Shown: one piece after another, positions 12,550-26,200 of the stretch | Numbering within the stretch: position 1 is the stretch's first letter | Layout of the letters: each line of letters begins with the position of its first letter | Origin: Eledone cirrhosa | Taxonomy: Eukaryota | Direction of reading: 5' to 3' | Assembly (NCBI GenBank): GCA_964016885.1 | Contig: OZ024742.1 | Location: 260,834,001 to 260,898,000, forward strand | DNA: 64,000 nt | Notes under the pieces: generated by a model | Told to the model about the DNA's origin: nothing | The model's input: only the letters and a program-made list of their open reading frames with translations | Databases searched by the model: none | Translations under genes and position numbers: made by a program

Positions 12550-13456
12550 TCATTTTCTCTTTTACTGGTCTTCTCTTACCATCTGTTCACCCGCGTACCT
12601 CAGCGAGTCTTCCGATAAGATCAGTAATGTGTGTCTCCAGTAACGAAATCTGTGCTGCACGCGGTCCGTTCAAATCTAGCACCGGAAACTTAGTATTCCA
12701 GGCTGAGAACTCAAAGGGAAGAAATTCAAGTGATGCGATTTCTTTTCCAAATTGATTACAAAAAAAAAAAAAAAATTCTTCACTAAAATCAAGGGATTTT
12801 GTTATTTTTGGAGCAAATTAGTGGATGTTCAATTTTCCGTCTGGAAATTCCATCCTTTACTTTAATGGAACACGTAAATAGGACTTTGTCTGAAATATTG
12901 AGGTATTTTATCTCATAAAAAAAGTTGAAGAAACAAAAAGTAAATGCTCCCGTGCATGCTTTTTATCGTGGCATCAAAACGACCAGAGTAGACTGGGTGC
13001 TTTCTTTGAGACACCAACACGACTGCCTTACAGGCAGGATGGACTGGGTGCCTAGTTATAGCTCCGGATCACCATATGGGGTGGACTTTGGTTTTATTTA
13101 GTTTTTTTAATGCATGGTTTGACTCTTGCTACAGATGTATCAGGTGTGAGGAATGAGGATGGGAACAAATACGCAAGTTTGACAGGTGAGGTGCATGGGT
13201 TATTTAGCTGGTGAGAGGAGGGATGAGGATATTAAGACTGGGGAGGGACAAAGAACAGAATGTTGGCGAAGACTAGTGTCTTCTACATGTTTGTTTCAAC
13301 CTGTGTACATGGGAAAATGGGTCTTCTGCAGCATAATGCCAAAAATCTCGAGAGTTTCCGTCAACTTTAAGTGTCCTGTATCTTTTTATACAGTTGTCAT
13401 CCTCCATATGCATCACCTATCCACCCCAATGCAATCTCCTTCATGTACACTATATC

Positions 13457-14711
13457 TGTAGTGAAATCTGTCCGCGCCTTGAACTTTGGGTGATACCTAA
13501 AGGTTAAATTCTAGGTCAACACCCTTTTGGTGCAGACAGGTTGATGTGTTGACTATCCCCTCAAGGTGAGGGACAGGTATATAAAGCCTGTGCTATCATC
13601 CCACTCAAGGAGATACATCGGACCATTACACCTATAACAAGCTATGTAAGGATTTACTGCTATCAATAGACCCCAAGGGTCTACAGAGACAGAGATATCG
13701 AAGCGCTAGGATACACAACTAACTATGTAAAAATTCACCGCTACCTTCAGGCCTTTGAGGTCTACAGAAACACAGAGACATCAGAGCACCACGACATACA
13801 ACAAACTATGTAAGGATTCACCACTATCAACAGACCCCTACAGATACACACAGAGAGATTTGAGCCCTACTCTACAGACCATGTACAAGCCACAGTGGTC
13901 TACAACTAATTACAGACCATTCAGAGATATACAAACCATATCTCTATCTCTCTTACTAACTACGGTCTCACAACTACTATCACGGACTCCAAATTCCAAC
14001 AACAACAACAATTATCTGTCGCTCGCTGTTTTCACACCAACAACAACAACAGGCTACAACAGCCTCACATCAGCAGCAATAACTACATTAACAACTCTTG
14101 GTTAACTGTTTTATATGTACTTTTTAATTGATTCACGTGAAGTAAACTATATATAACCAAATCATTTATTCTTATATTTGTAGCAAGAGTTGCCTCCCCT
14201 GTTGTGACGATCACATCACCAATAGATTAACGCTCTCTAGACAGGAAGTAGCTGGAGTTACTTCCCGTTGGGGTGGCAGAACCCTTTTTGTCACTTCCGT
14301 CTTGAGACCCTATAAAAGGGATACTCAGAGCGATCTCTACCTCTCATTTGCCTTTCGGCTCCTGGCCTTCTAACCTGCCTGGCCCTTCGGCCAGGCGCAT
14401 TCGACTGGCAGCCCTAACATGGTCTCTTGCGAGCTCACTTCAAAACGGTAACAAATAACTTTACTTCATTCTTTCATCTACTTTCATTGACTTGTCAACC
14501 ATTCTGTTCTACATAACTTCAACTTGTTAATTAAACTTTATATACACAACTGAGCATCCTTGTTATATTCATACAATCCAGTATTTTGTTATATATTCTT
14601 TATATTCTCCTTATTATCCCTATTCTTCTTATTATTGTTATTTCAACTATTATTCATGTTAATCCAATAACAATAACTATTTCATAATTCATTATTATAC
14701 CCTTCGTTAAA
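13457..14711 (+). mobile_element. Solo LTR (TGTAGT...GTTAAA) containing three degenerate repeats of about 80 bp and a nested solo LTR
   Basis: 4-bp TSD TATC at 13453 and 14712. TATATAAA at about 13578. The motif ACAA(G/A)CTATGTAAGGATT...CTACAGA recurs three times in 13630-13865. Confidence 0.75.
14179..14593 (+). mobile_element. Solo LTR of the same family as the LTRs of 20127-22574
   Basis: TGTAGCAAGAGTTGCCTCCC...TGTTATA with TSD TATT. It aligns along its length with 22158-22574. Confidence 0.92.
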
Positions 14712-16191
14712 TATCTAACCCCTCTATACTTCGTTTCTCGCTCAGTTCATTGATGCTTCCATGCAACATTGCTGTTCATACATATGCATCATACAATCTG
14801 CTTTTCATTTTGAGGGAAAAACCTTTTGTAGCTAGCAGCGCTTATAACTAGTAGTGTGTAGTAAGGTGTTCCTGGAGCCAAGGACACCAGAAGTCTCCAC
14901 TGTTACGGGCTTGACCGAAAACCTGTCAGAGAGCGACTGATATTTGGAGATTTTACCCTCCTCGGTCCGAAGTGCAGCAGAGCCTAGGTTAGTCGCAGAC
15001 TGCACCAGGTTGTCACTGGAGAAAGTGTCACTGCATGTGACATCCTAGGTGAGGGGTTTATCACCACGGAAAGGGAAGATTGTCATGCCATCTGGCTTTT
15101 TGCCGTCCCCTCGGTCCAGCAGGAGGAGAAGCCTGCAGCATCTAGGCCATGCTTTGTGACATCGTTGACAGCAGCATGGCGTGGAAGGTGGCTAGCATTG
15201 TAGTGACAGGACAGCAGGTGGAGGCCAAAAGAGTCAACGATGGATCTGCAGCGACATTTCTGTGGCTTGCATATCCGTGGCTGAGCCTCAGAGAAACCCC
15301 GATTCGCAGGCTATCATTATCCAGCTGTGTGCCAGTCGAACAGGCAAAGAGCCAGGCACCGCTGTGGGGTTGCGAGGCGGTGCTAGTTGAGCTGGCGCGC
15401 TAGCCTTTCCAAGGTCATGCTGCATTGGCTGGCATCCAATATGCTCTGTGGGAATTTGACATCTACAGAGGGAAGAGAAGGAGGGACGTCCACTGAGCGG
15501 AGTTCAAGCCGGTTCCAAGTCTCGCAGGTGGCCTAGCATTCCTAAATTCCAGTGGGTTCTGTTGTATTGTGGAGAACCTTGATGATGAGGACACGGCAAG
15601 AGGTAACAGACGAAAGAAACTCCAACGAGACCGGAGAGCAAGGCCACTGTTTCTAATAGGTAAGGTGGCTTGTTGCCATCCAAATTTGTCAAACCTGACA
15701 TTGCATATCTCCTCAGCTTTCACTCGGATACAAGTATCGAGGTCAGTGAAGAGAGATGCGTGGTTGTAGCAAGGAGCACTACGAAATGTTTAGACGAGTT
15801 TCATCATAGCGAAGCAGTTCCTCAACAGGAAGCGGGCTGGATGGGCATCAATAACGCCCAGTCACCTCGTAAGAGTCGTGAGCTGCTGGAGCCTGGACCT
15901 GATGACTGGTGGGAGAATTGGTGACCCTAGGATGAGTACATCCTCTTTCGGGGCAGCTGCACCTGGCAGAAAATGGATCGCACGCCCGGGACGGAGTCTG
16001 CAAAGCCCTCTGAGTCGTGGTTGACATACACCACCCCTAACTTGGACGCGTTGACCTCGAAGCCGATTCTTGGCAGAGCAGGAACCACTGATCGCAGGTC
16101 GTAGCAGATAGTCTCCACAGGTCCATCCAATGTGGCCTCATTCACGTACAAAACGCTGAAAGGGGCCGTGATATTCCAAGCAATGTTATCT

Positions 16192-17453
16192 TGTAGCAGC
16201 ATTACTTCGTATCTCGCAACAACAATCTTTCATGCGCGATTTGGTTACTGGTTGATCAATCGTGTAAGTCGCGCATGAATATACAACTTCCACCCAACTA
16301 GAAAATTAACGCTTCTTTTTTTTACTTTAGACAGTTGCTGCATTTACTTCGAGAAGACATGACATATTTATGTTCCCGTGTCGATACTAGCAAGATGTAA
16401 CGTTAAAAACAGAAACTTTGGCGCTATCGGCAAGGGACCAACCTCTTTTTTTCCAACACTTCATTTTTGTTTCACTTACTCATGCGGCATACCGGCAGCA
16501 TTTTATTTTAATTTTGTATGGTTGAAAATACACCCTTTGTAGAAATGTTTAAACAGCCTTCTGAGAATTCCTGCCACCATTGAATTTGCACACACATTAA
16601 AAATGTTTCTTCTGACGTGATATGGGAAAATCATTTTTTCCAAGGTAATATCATTTTACCACAAGTGAGTACAGTTTACATTCCCTTAAACAGGGTGAAG
16701 ATAGTATTTAATAAGATATAAATTAGAATGATAATATTTGTATTTGTGTATCAATAGAAGTCACCAGTTAAGCAGTTTATAACATAAGATGATGATGTAT
16801 TATGCTATCAGTATAGCAGCATGTAATAGTAAGATAAAATAATGTTGACGACAATTTGTAGTTCGTTGTAACAGAATTTATTAACAATGTTTAAAGTGAA
16901 AAGAGCTGTATTAAGCTTGATTGGTTGGCATGCCAAAGTAAATAAACAAACAAATCAAGATCTGTAGAGAAGACTCGGTCCAGTCCAGTGGCTGAAGTGA
17001 GAAGCCAGGCCGCGGTAATGTTTTGTAGTTACATATTGGAATGATGTTTGCGGAGCAAAAGCAAATGGTTGTTTACCTTAGCAAGGTCAAGATGCAAGAG
17101 AATTAATTTATTAAAAGAAGCGGAAATTTCTCCATTTGGGCGGAAGTTGAGATACATATCCATACGCTGATAGCGATTGGCTTAACTGAGCCAAATAACG
17201 TACGGAAAGCGTATCAATGTGCCAACAAAGGAAAGTTGCTTGCTACAAGGACATAGTTTCTCTCGACTCACAGATAATCTTCACTTACTCACTTGCCAAC
17301 AACAACTATATTAAAGATTCGTCTGCTTTCGTGGTGATATCCAACTCTAACCAAATAACTTCTCTTTTTCTGCTAAAGTGTTACAACCTACAACATCAAG
17401 CGACAACCAAGTAACATCTTGCTATTACAACAAAACATACTTTAACTGCTAAA
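16192..17453 (+). mobile_element. Solo LTR (TGTAGCAG...CTGCTAAA) with further sequence nested inside
   Basis: TSD ATCT at 16188 and 17454. It interrupts the CRE RT. The 5' part resembles the LTR of 54300-56841. Confidence 0.8.
16812..17247 (-). mobile_element. LTR related to the 54300-54706 LTR (TGTAGC...GCTATA); no TSD found
   Basis: Shares TAGCAGCAT at one end and GATTGGCT..CTGAGCCAAAT.ACG with 54640-54665. Confidence 0.6.
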
Positions 17454-18152
17454 ATCTATCCCGAGAGCAAAGAATCACCCCCGTTGAACCCCAGTGGCTG
17501 AGTGTATGATAATGTCAGCAGCAAAGAGCATGCTCGAGGCTTCATATGACAGGTTGGCAGAGGGTCTTGGCTGAGGCAGGACTCGAGTAGATGGTCATGT
17601 CGTGGGTAGTTAAAGGCATTCCTCGTGTGAGGCTTGACAATGAGGTGCCTGGCATCCCTCGACGCCGGTTCCGGTGGGCAGCTGTTGAAAAACTGCCTAG
17701 CTGCATGTGTGGACCCCTCATACCCACCAGACACACCGACCCCTAGTTGCACCGGGCTGAACTCCTCACCCAGCTCAGGTGTGATGAACTTGCAGACCAC
17801 CTTGGCAGCCTGCCTCCGGAAGACATTGGCCACAGCGATGGTGCGTATGCCACCTGAAAATCGTTGATTCTTCCCAAATTGTTTACTTCCTGTTATATTG
17901 TTTTATACACATGCTTATTGCTTTGTCACTTGTTTACAACTGCAATTTGGAGCATCTAATTAAATATAACTGATTGTTAATTAATTCTGTAATGAAATAG
18001 ATATGGCATTCTTTATTATGTTGAACTGAAAATATAAATTAACGTTTGCTGTAATAGACTGAAGTTCTCTTGAATCTGTCATTGTCCCCTCTAACTTAAG
18101 TATATGTAATATGGTCCACATTGAGTCTGTATTAGAGTGTAAGTATTAATAA

Positions 18153-18891
18153 CTAGCAGCAGTACCCAGCGTTGCCTGGGTAGGTAAAATAATATCTACT
18201 TTGATGCAAAGGTGTTGATCTTAGCGACTGCGAGTTTCATGGAAATCGGTCGTAAGGTGTAGCAAATGGCGAAATGTTGAGTGAAATCGTATGGAATTTG
18301 TGGGAGGAGGAAAAAATCATATTTTGAAGAGTTAAACGGCTGCCACGCCGTCCCTGAACAAAAAAATGCAAAGTGTAAAGCTACTATAAGATGTGTAATG
18401 ATAGATTCTATCGTAGTATAAAAGTTGAAGCAAATAAATTGATTTATGTGTGAGGTGGAGCCGAAGTTTCGAATTTGAACGAAATCGTTTTAAAAATGTG
18501 GGAGCTAGAGCAGAAAAGGTGGTATTTTTGAATATTTAAGCGGCTGCCACGCCGTTTCTGAACAACAAATGCAAAATATAAAGCCATTACAGGATGTGTA
18601 GTGATAAATTCTATTTTGTTTTAAAATTTGAATGAAATCGGTGGCAAAATGTGGGAGCTAGAGCCAAAAATCTTATTTTTCGATACCTAAAAAAAGGTGC
18701 CCCCCCCCCCCCATCGATTTTTATCTGCAGAATGACCCCGGAATAAAAAAAAAAACGATACGCTGATATATAGAAAACACTCCCCGATGACTAATCTATG
18801 AGCCTGTAAAGTTTCATGAAAATCGGTCTTAAGATGTAGGCCCCTATAGGTAATACACAGACACACCTACTTAATTTTATATACATACAGA
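18153..18891 (-). mobile_element. Non-autonomous Helitron
   Basis: Minus strand starts A|TCTGTATGTATATAAAA and ends with hairpin ACCCAGGCAACGCTGGGT plus CTAG|T. Internal duplication of about 200 bp (CGGCTGCCACGCCGT at 18338 and 18541). Confidence 0.85.
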
Positions 18892-18904
18892 TATAATGGA
18901 GAGA

Positions 18905-19653
18905 GGTTATTTTGCCGGTCCCGGTAAAATAGACCCCCAGGTTATTTTGCCGGTAAGAGTGTTAGACACCAGGCTTTGCAGCAGAGAGTTGCAGTCCTTT
19001 ACGGTCTGAGTTCAAATCCCGCCGAGGTTAGCTTTGCTTTTCATCCTTAATAAAGCACCAGTAACGTACTAGGATCGATTTAATCGACTTTCGCCTCCCC
19101 ACACGTTACTGGCCTTGTGCCTATACTAGAAATCATTATTAATACTTCACGGCATAGATTTACGGCCCTTTGCGTTCTGTGTTCAATACTGCTGAGGTTA
19201 AGTAAGCGGTTGATGTCATACATATAGCTAAACAAGTCCAATTCTCAACTTCTATTCAGAGCTCATGGTAGAGGGTCGGACCCATGCTTTGCAGCAAAGA
19301 GTTATGGCTCTCTATGGTCTGAGTTCAAATCCCGCCGAGGTTAAATTTGCCTTTCATCCTTACGGGGTCGATAAAATAAAGTACAAGTCACGCATTGGGG
19401 TCGATTTAATCGACTTTCTCCTCCCCAGAATTGCTGGCATTGTGCCTAAATCAGAAACCATTATTATGGAAGCAGGTGATGTTAAAAATCACAACATACA
19501 GATTTTTATTTATTTTCACCACCAATTATTAAGACAATTTAAACCCTAGCCCTATGCCAAACCCAAGCACTAACACTATTTACATTTACCGGGACCGGTA
19601 AAATAAGTTTTAAAAGCATGTTTGTCAATTTGACCGGGACCGGTAAAGTAGCC
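18905..19653. mobile_element. MITE-like element carrying two to three SINE-A insertions (18970-19140, 19150-19200, 19266-19465)
   Basis: TIRs GGTTATTTTGCCGGTCCCGGTAAAAT / ATTTGACCGGGACCGGTAAAGTAGCC, with the motif repeated subterminally. SINE B-boxes at about 19008 and 19321. Confidence 0.75.
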
Positions 19654-20126
19654 TATTCGTAATTTAATTATCTATGTTGTATATGTGATATTTTAAGTAC
19701 ATTTGTTTGTTTGGAAGTGTTTATTAAGATAAAGGAACGAAATTAAAGAAAATGCCGAAGTTATTTAACGAAATTAAAGATGTTGATTTAGTTTCGTTTT
19801 TCGATACACCATTCCAATTTTCGTTATCGATAAAACATCCATGTGATCGCTTGATCCGCTAGAAACAGTAGTCAAATATATAGTAATAATTAAATAAGTT
19901 TATTATTTAAATATTCAGCTAATTTTACTTGACGCGCATTATACACACACTAAGTTCAGTTGAAGAATGCTGCTTTCAGAGATGTCTTTGTGTGAAAATT
20001 GTGATATAACCTTCTACGAATGCATTGCCAATTTCATTGACAATAACGAAAAAAGTTTAGATTTTCTTCGTTGCCATGATGTTCTGCCAAGATCAGTAAT
20101 TTGTCCACATTGTAAAACTGAATGTG

Positions 20127-22574
20127 TGTAGCAAGAGTTTCCTCCCTTGTTGTGGCGATCACATCGCCGGTGGCACTCTCTAGACAGGAAGTAGCTGGAG
20201 TTACTTCCTGTTGAGGTGGCAGAACCTTCTTAGGGACTTCTGCCCGAGGGAACTATAAAGGAGAGAGCCGAAAGCTAACTCCCTCTCTTTTAACCTGCCT
20301 GGCCTTTCGGCAACAAATAACTTTAATTTATCCTTTTGTAGTAAGACGCCTCACGCCCCCTGTCGGATAATAGAACAACCCTAGTTATCTCCCGCTGGTT
20401 GAGAACACGAGAAGTAAACAGACAGCCACTAGAAAGCAGACTGAACACACGCCAGAAAACAGTCTCTGTACCACGCCACAGAAAGCAACCAAGGGAACAG
20501 CAAACAACAAACCCCACAATACTTTTGTAATGGTAATACGTTCCTTTCACCACAACTGACCACGTCAACATTTGGTACGTTCCATTTGTAATATAAATAA
20601 ACATCACCATTATTTACAATTGTTGAATATAACTCTCGTTGTGGTTATAGTCTTGTTTGCGCACACTCTCACTCACTTTGTTATAATTTTCACAAACACA
20701 AAATGGTAAATAGACGAGGGACCTTCCCTCACGTCTATGTCAATGAACAATCCAAATAGGATACATACATATTACCACACTTTCATCTCTCTTGGCATGT
20801 CAACTATTCTGCTCTACATAACTCAACCTTGTTAAATAAACTTTGTATACAACCGAGTGTCTTGTTATGTTCATACAACCTAGTGTCCTGTTATAATTGG
20901 TGGCCCCGAAAAAAAAATAATAGGATCTGGTGTTGTGTGAATATGAAAAAAAGAAAATTAATTAGCAGTATTTCAAAAAGAAAAAATTCCTCTAACAACA
21001 TTCCACATGGATTTTGTCTACAACGAAAAATATAAGTAATCCTTTCAGCATCAGCAAACAAACAAGAAAAAATTTCGCTTTTCACCTCACGTGTTTACAT
21101 CGTTTAAATGTCGCTACTTTTTCATCACTTTCAAAAAAAAAATTGAACTCTCGCCATATACAAAGTGAATATAGCCTTTACTTCTTTTTCATCATATTAT
21201 CACGTTCACACACAAATTTTTCAAAATGGCTGCCAACGACCTGTTGCACTATCATTTTCGCGTCATTTTCTCGCGCAATAGAAATATTTTTTTTTCAACT
21301 TGACTTTAACCTTGTTTCGGCACGTGTGGTAACACACATCTCGACTCACTGAGATAACACACGCCATAGATAATGTTTCTTGACAAGCATTCTCCAGCCT
21401 TAAGCTATATCCTCATATTTGCCGGTTTAAAAATTTGCCGTTGAAAACTGCGCATTTATTCAGAATGCTTATTTCTTTGGTCGCTGGCCTCTTGACTCTT
21501 CCAGGTCAACGCGTTCTCAACATCGACCATCAACTTTGGCTGTTATTTCTAGCACTTTGCGCAACTCATTTTTTCTGGGAAACTTTTTACTGTGACTTTA
21601 AACAACATCGAATAGGCTCACTCCGCGAAACAACAACAACAACACAGCTTCATCTTTGCTTTATCAACCAACAACCAAAACCAGCAGAACAAAACACAGA
21701 ATTTATTTTTGCAGCACTCTTCCTGTGAGAAAATCCCACCAGCCTTCGGAGGTTGGGAATTTCACGTTGTACCACAGTCTAGAAACTACTTGCATACATT
21801 CTCTGGAGGACACACCTTCTTTCCTGCTGTCATGTGATTGCACACCTGTGAACTGTATTTTGAACATTTGAACCTTTTTTTTTTAATAACTATGTTCGAG
21901 CACATTTCTTTGCTCCTTTGACCTCTTCTTTTAGATTGATTACATTGTATCTTTGTGTGATGGATAGATAGATGTCCAGTCGTTCTCTGGCCAAGAGTGG
22001 TTGGCTACCTTGATATCTATCATTGATTTTTGCATGCTTATATTTTGCTGTTTTGATTTTATTGCAAACATTATTTTTTTGTAATTTTCATGCTCGCCAT
22101 CTTACTTCATACATGGTTGATTCGATTTTTATGTTTTAAAAATCTAGCGGGGGGTAATGTAGCAACAGTTGCCTCCCTTGTTGTGGCGATCACATCGCCG
22201 TTGGCGCTCTCTAGACAGGAAGTAGCTGGAGTTACTTCCCGTTGAGGTGGCAGTACCTTCTTAGGGACTTCCGCGCTAGGGAACTATAAAGGAGAGAGCC
22301 GAAAGCTAACTCCCTCTCTTTTAACCTGCCTGGCCCTTCGGCCAGGCGCGTTCTGCCAGAGGGCATACTCTCTGCCAACCTGAACATCGTAATGTAAAGA
22401 CCTCTTGGTCTAATGCGCAATGACTTCAAAACGGTAACAAATAACTTTAATTTATCCTTTCATCTCTCTTGGCATGTCAACTATTCTGCTCTACATAACT
22501 CAACCTTGTTAAATAAACTTTGTACACACAACCGAGTGTCTTGTTATGTTCATACAACCCAGTGTCCTGTTATA
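20127..22574 (+). mobile_element. Non-autonomous LTR retroelement (LTRs 20127-20895 and 22158-22574; non-coding internal region of 1.26 kb)
   Basis: TSD TGTG. PBS TGGTGGCCCCGA at 20898. PPT AGCGGGGGGTAA at 22146. Both LTRs run TGTAGC...TGTTATA. The 5' LTR has a deletion of about 105 bp and a nested LTR. Confidence 0.93.
20337..20779. mobile_element. Solo LTR nested in the 5' LTR of 20127-22574
   Basis: TGTAGT...CCACA with TSD CTTT. The empty site TTATCCTTTCATC is visible in the sister LTR at about 22452. Confidence 0.9.
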
Positions 22575-23249
22575 TGTGTACATCGATAGGACCAACATTT
22601 ATGGCGATGCAGAAAAAATTATGTTGTCCCTAAATCAAAAAAAAAAAAGGGCGGTGCTGTAACTATTTTGTATTGGACTTTAATGGTTCTTTTCTTCAGA
22701 ACGTACACACTTCTTCGTGGAAGATTATACTTTTCGTTAATGAATACCTCAGACGATCTTGGAGCCATGCTACTGTAATGGAATGCCTTCAGCTATCTCC
22801 TAATTCATCGATGGGCTGGCGGTCATTCTGTTACAAAGTCACGGAACAGTGGTTTCACAACCAGCAACCGATTGGCGGAGAGTCAATAGAAGTTGAGGTT
22901 AACAAAACTTTAATTGTTCGCCGAAAATATGGTAGGGGTCAGATTCTAAGCCAAGTTTGGTTGTTCGGTGGAATAGAGCGAACCAGTAAACGTCGTTTTG
23001 CTGTCCCTCTAAATGGTAAAAATATATCAAACCTGGCTCGGTCATTTACCGTGATTCTTGGGCTGCGTACAATAATCTAAACAGTTTGGGGTATAAGCAT
23101 TTAGTTATAAACCATTCTGAAAGTTTTGTTGACAGCAGCATACATACACAAAACATGGAACGATTTGGGAGAGATATAAAAGAGTGGGCCAGAAGACCAG
23201 ATATTCGGTCAAAATATCTACACCAGTATCTGGCCAGATATTTATTTAT

Positions 23250-26200
23250 CTCTTCCATGTCTTCCGCTCCCAGTACATCTCGACACCAACAACAGCAGCA
23301 GTAACAACAACCGACCAGTACAGATTTTGCAGAATTGCAACTAATGATTTCTGCTTTAAGAAGGGAAGTAACAGGAATAAAAGTAAGCATTCGGGTAGGA
23401 CCTCACAATGAGGGGTCTTATCGGAATGCCTTGCTAAAGAATCTCCCTGTACCTCTTGCCGTATCTGGGCACACTGAGAAGACTGCGGAATCTGCTACCC
23501 ATGAAGTAATTGCCATTGGGGTACCAGAGGACAAGGCTGATCTTCAGGCATTTGCTGCCAGCTCAGCCAAAGACCTAGGCTGTGTTCCCCCAAAGGGTGC
23601 TCTCCGCCCTGGTCGGCCTGTCTTTTTCATCTGGGAGTGAAAATCGGATTACCTTCCTAACACGCCCAGGCCTACCACCCCATGTACGTCCAAAGCTACG
23701 TGCTGCAGCTTCCTTGAATCAGAACTCAGCACAACATGAAAGTTTTAGTCTGCGTGATGATGGGCAGATCTGGAGGTTTGTTAAGGCTGGTGAAATGTGG
23801 AAGAGAGATACCAGCTGGTCTGAGTGTGCTCTACCCACAATAACTGGCAATGAAATAACTGCAACAACTCTGGGAAACTAAACCAGAACAACCTGCCATC
23901 TACATACCATCATAAACTGCAAGCAGGGTACAAATTGTTGTCCTTAAATGCTTGCAGTTTATGCAACAAGATACATCTGTTTAACTCCTACGGAAACGTG
24001 GGCACATTCCTTACTCTGTGATGGGGTTTTCAGCATTACTGGGTACAACCTTTTCCGCAAGGACCACATTAATCGCTGTGGTGGAGGTGTGATGGTCTAC
24101 GTTCGTTCAAACTTTTCGGTAATTCCTTGCGTTGATTTGAACGAATCACAAGAACAAGTTTTTTTTTGTGGCATACGTATGATCTGCTTGGTGTTGTTTA
24201 TCGCCCCCCAAACTACCATCAGGACACACAGCTTTGCGATATCCTCAGAGCTGCTGCCAGGAAAACAACCACTTATGTGTTTCAATCATCTGTGACTTTC
24301 AATCATATGTGACTTCAATCATCCTGAGATCGATTGGGAAACCTTTCGTTGACCACAAAGTGCAAACGATTTCCTTGAGCTAGTGCTGGACTGAAACTGG
24401 TTCTGATCTTCACCACTACTCCTGACCTGAAGTAGTTATCAGTTGTACTACTGAGGAACCTCTAGGCGACTCTGATCATGCTATGATCATTGTCAATCTG
24501 GCTCTTGCGGGCAGCAACAAAAACCAGAACCATCTCCAATCTGCTGGCTTTGATTGGAAGAAAGCAGATTGGAACTTGCACTGAGCTACAGCACCTAAAC
24601 TGGCATGAGTTCTATAACTCTGGAGATGTGAACACTATACTCCAGAGCATCCTGGATTCAATATGGATAGCGTGTGCAGCATCGGTGCCACATAAACAGA
24701 AAAAAACCCACCCCAAAAGTGCAATTTGGGAAACTTCAGCGGTCCGACTTGCCAGGAAAGAACATAGGAACGCTGAACGGCATAAATCAAATGCCAACAG
24801 AAAAAACGGAATAAATCTTCCAACCATCTAAAGCAAGTGACAAAAAAGACAGTGCTTGAATTTGAACAGTGCATAGCAATCAATCCTGACAGTAAGGTGT
24901 TCTGGAAATATGTTCATTCAAAGCAGAGACCTCACTCTCCAGTTGGTCCTCTTCGCAATCCCCACACAAGCCAGATCACTGACGATCCCAAAGAATGCGC
25001 AGAACTCATTACTGAGTGCTATGCAAGCATTTTTACTGTTGAAAACCGGAATGTACCATCTCTAACATCAAATTCCATAACAACTATGGAATTTACACCT
25101 GCAATGTTGCGACGTCACCTTGATGGTGTTACATACCTTGATGGTGTTACATACCTGCTTCTCAAACGTGGCAGGTACTTCCTTTTGCACCAGCTTTCTT
25201 TCTTCTTTCAATACTGTCTCAACAATGGTGCTACTCCAGAGCAGTGGAAAACTGCCAGTGTCCTTCCCCTGTTCAAAAAGGGCGACCGCACGTCACCTGT
25301 CAACTATCGTCCAGTCAGTCTTACTAGCTGTAGTGCCAAACTGATGGAATCCTGTGTCAGAGAAACACTTTGGAACTTCTGGAGCTCTCACAGCCTCATC
25401 CGGGCTTCGCAGTTTGGATTTATCCCTAACTCCAGCTGCTGTGATCAGCTTATCAAGTTCCTTGAAGACATTACCCGGATCACTGACAGTGGCTCATGGG
25501 TGGATGTTGTTTACCTTGACTTCACTAAGGCTTTTAATTCTGTGCCACACAAAAGACTTATGGCGAAACTCTCTGCAATGGGTGTGAGGGATGATCTTTT
25601 TAACTGGTTGAAATCCTTCATTCTCAGTCGAAAAGAGGTAGTCACGGTTCTAGGACAGTATTCTTCACCATATGAGATGTCATCTGGTGTACCACAGGGA
25701 TCTGTTCTTGGTCCCCTTTTGTTTGTGGCATATATTAATGACATAGCTGCCAACTTAAAGAATGCCACGGTACTGAAATATGCAGATGACATCAAGCTGT
25801 ACCTTGAAATCAAAAGGACTGATCCTGAAATCTACAACTCTTCCTACAATCAGATCTGGACACAATGCAGCAATGGATCACAGACTGGCAACTGAAGCTG
25901 GCTGTGGACAAGTGTACCACCATGCATTTTGGGAGCAAAAATCCAGCGTCCACATACTCCCTCCACAACACTGATATCAAGAAGTCCTCTTGTGAACGTG
26001 ACCTGGGCATTACTGTCAGCAGCGATTTGCATGTCTCTAAGATTGTCAAGAAGGCTGAGGGTGTCTTGGCATCACTCAGCAAGACCCTTGTTAGCCACTC
26101 TCCAGCCATCTATTTAAAGCTGTATATAGCTATGGTACGACCACACTTGGAATTCGCATCATCAGTCTGGAACCCCTATCTTGCTCAGAACATTGACCTC

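Larger units (their letters stand above)
13310..14840 (-). mobile_element. RTE LINE 3' fragment split by the solo LTR at 13457-14711
   Basis: 14716-14840 is the reverse complement of the RTE segment at 9190-9270. The sequence is continuous across the TATC duplication. Confidence 0.6.
14850..17860 (-). mobile_element. Decayed CRE-clade non-LTR retrotransposon (RT plus restriction-like endonuclease), split by the LTR at 16192-17453
   Basis: IAVANVFRRQAAK...VQLGVGVSGG...RNAFN, WQQATLPIRNSGL, and DRGDGKKPDGMTIFPFRGDKPLT*DVTCSDT near 15020-15120. Confidence 0.85.

Noticed and set aside
16795-16811. Possible tRNA-iMet PBS next to the LTR at 16812
   Set aside because: TGATAGCATAA has too many mismatches to TGGTAGCAGAG to support the call.
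20127-22574. Plant-style LTR retrozyme (hammerhead within the LTRs)
   Set aside because: No CTGANGA...GAAA core was found by eye in these LTRs or in those of 54300-56841.
22673-23304. IS1595-like transposase as bacterial contamination or recent horizontal transfer
   Set aside because: Eukaryotic Merlin elements have these motifs, and this copy is interrupted by host retroelements.
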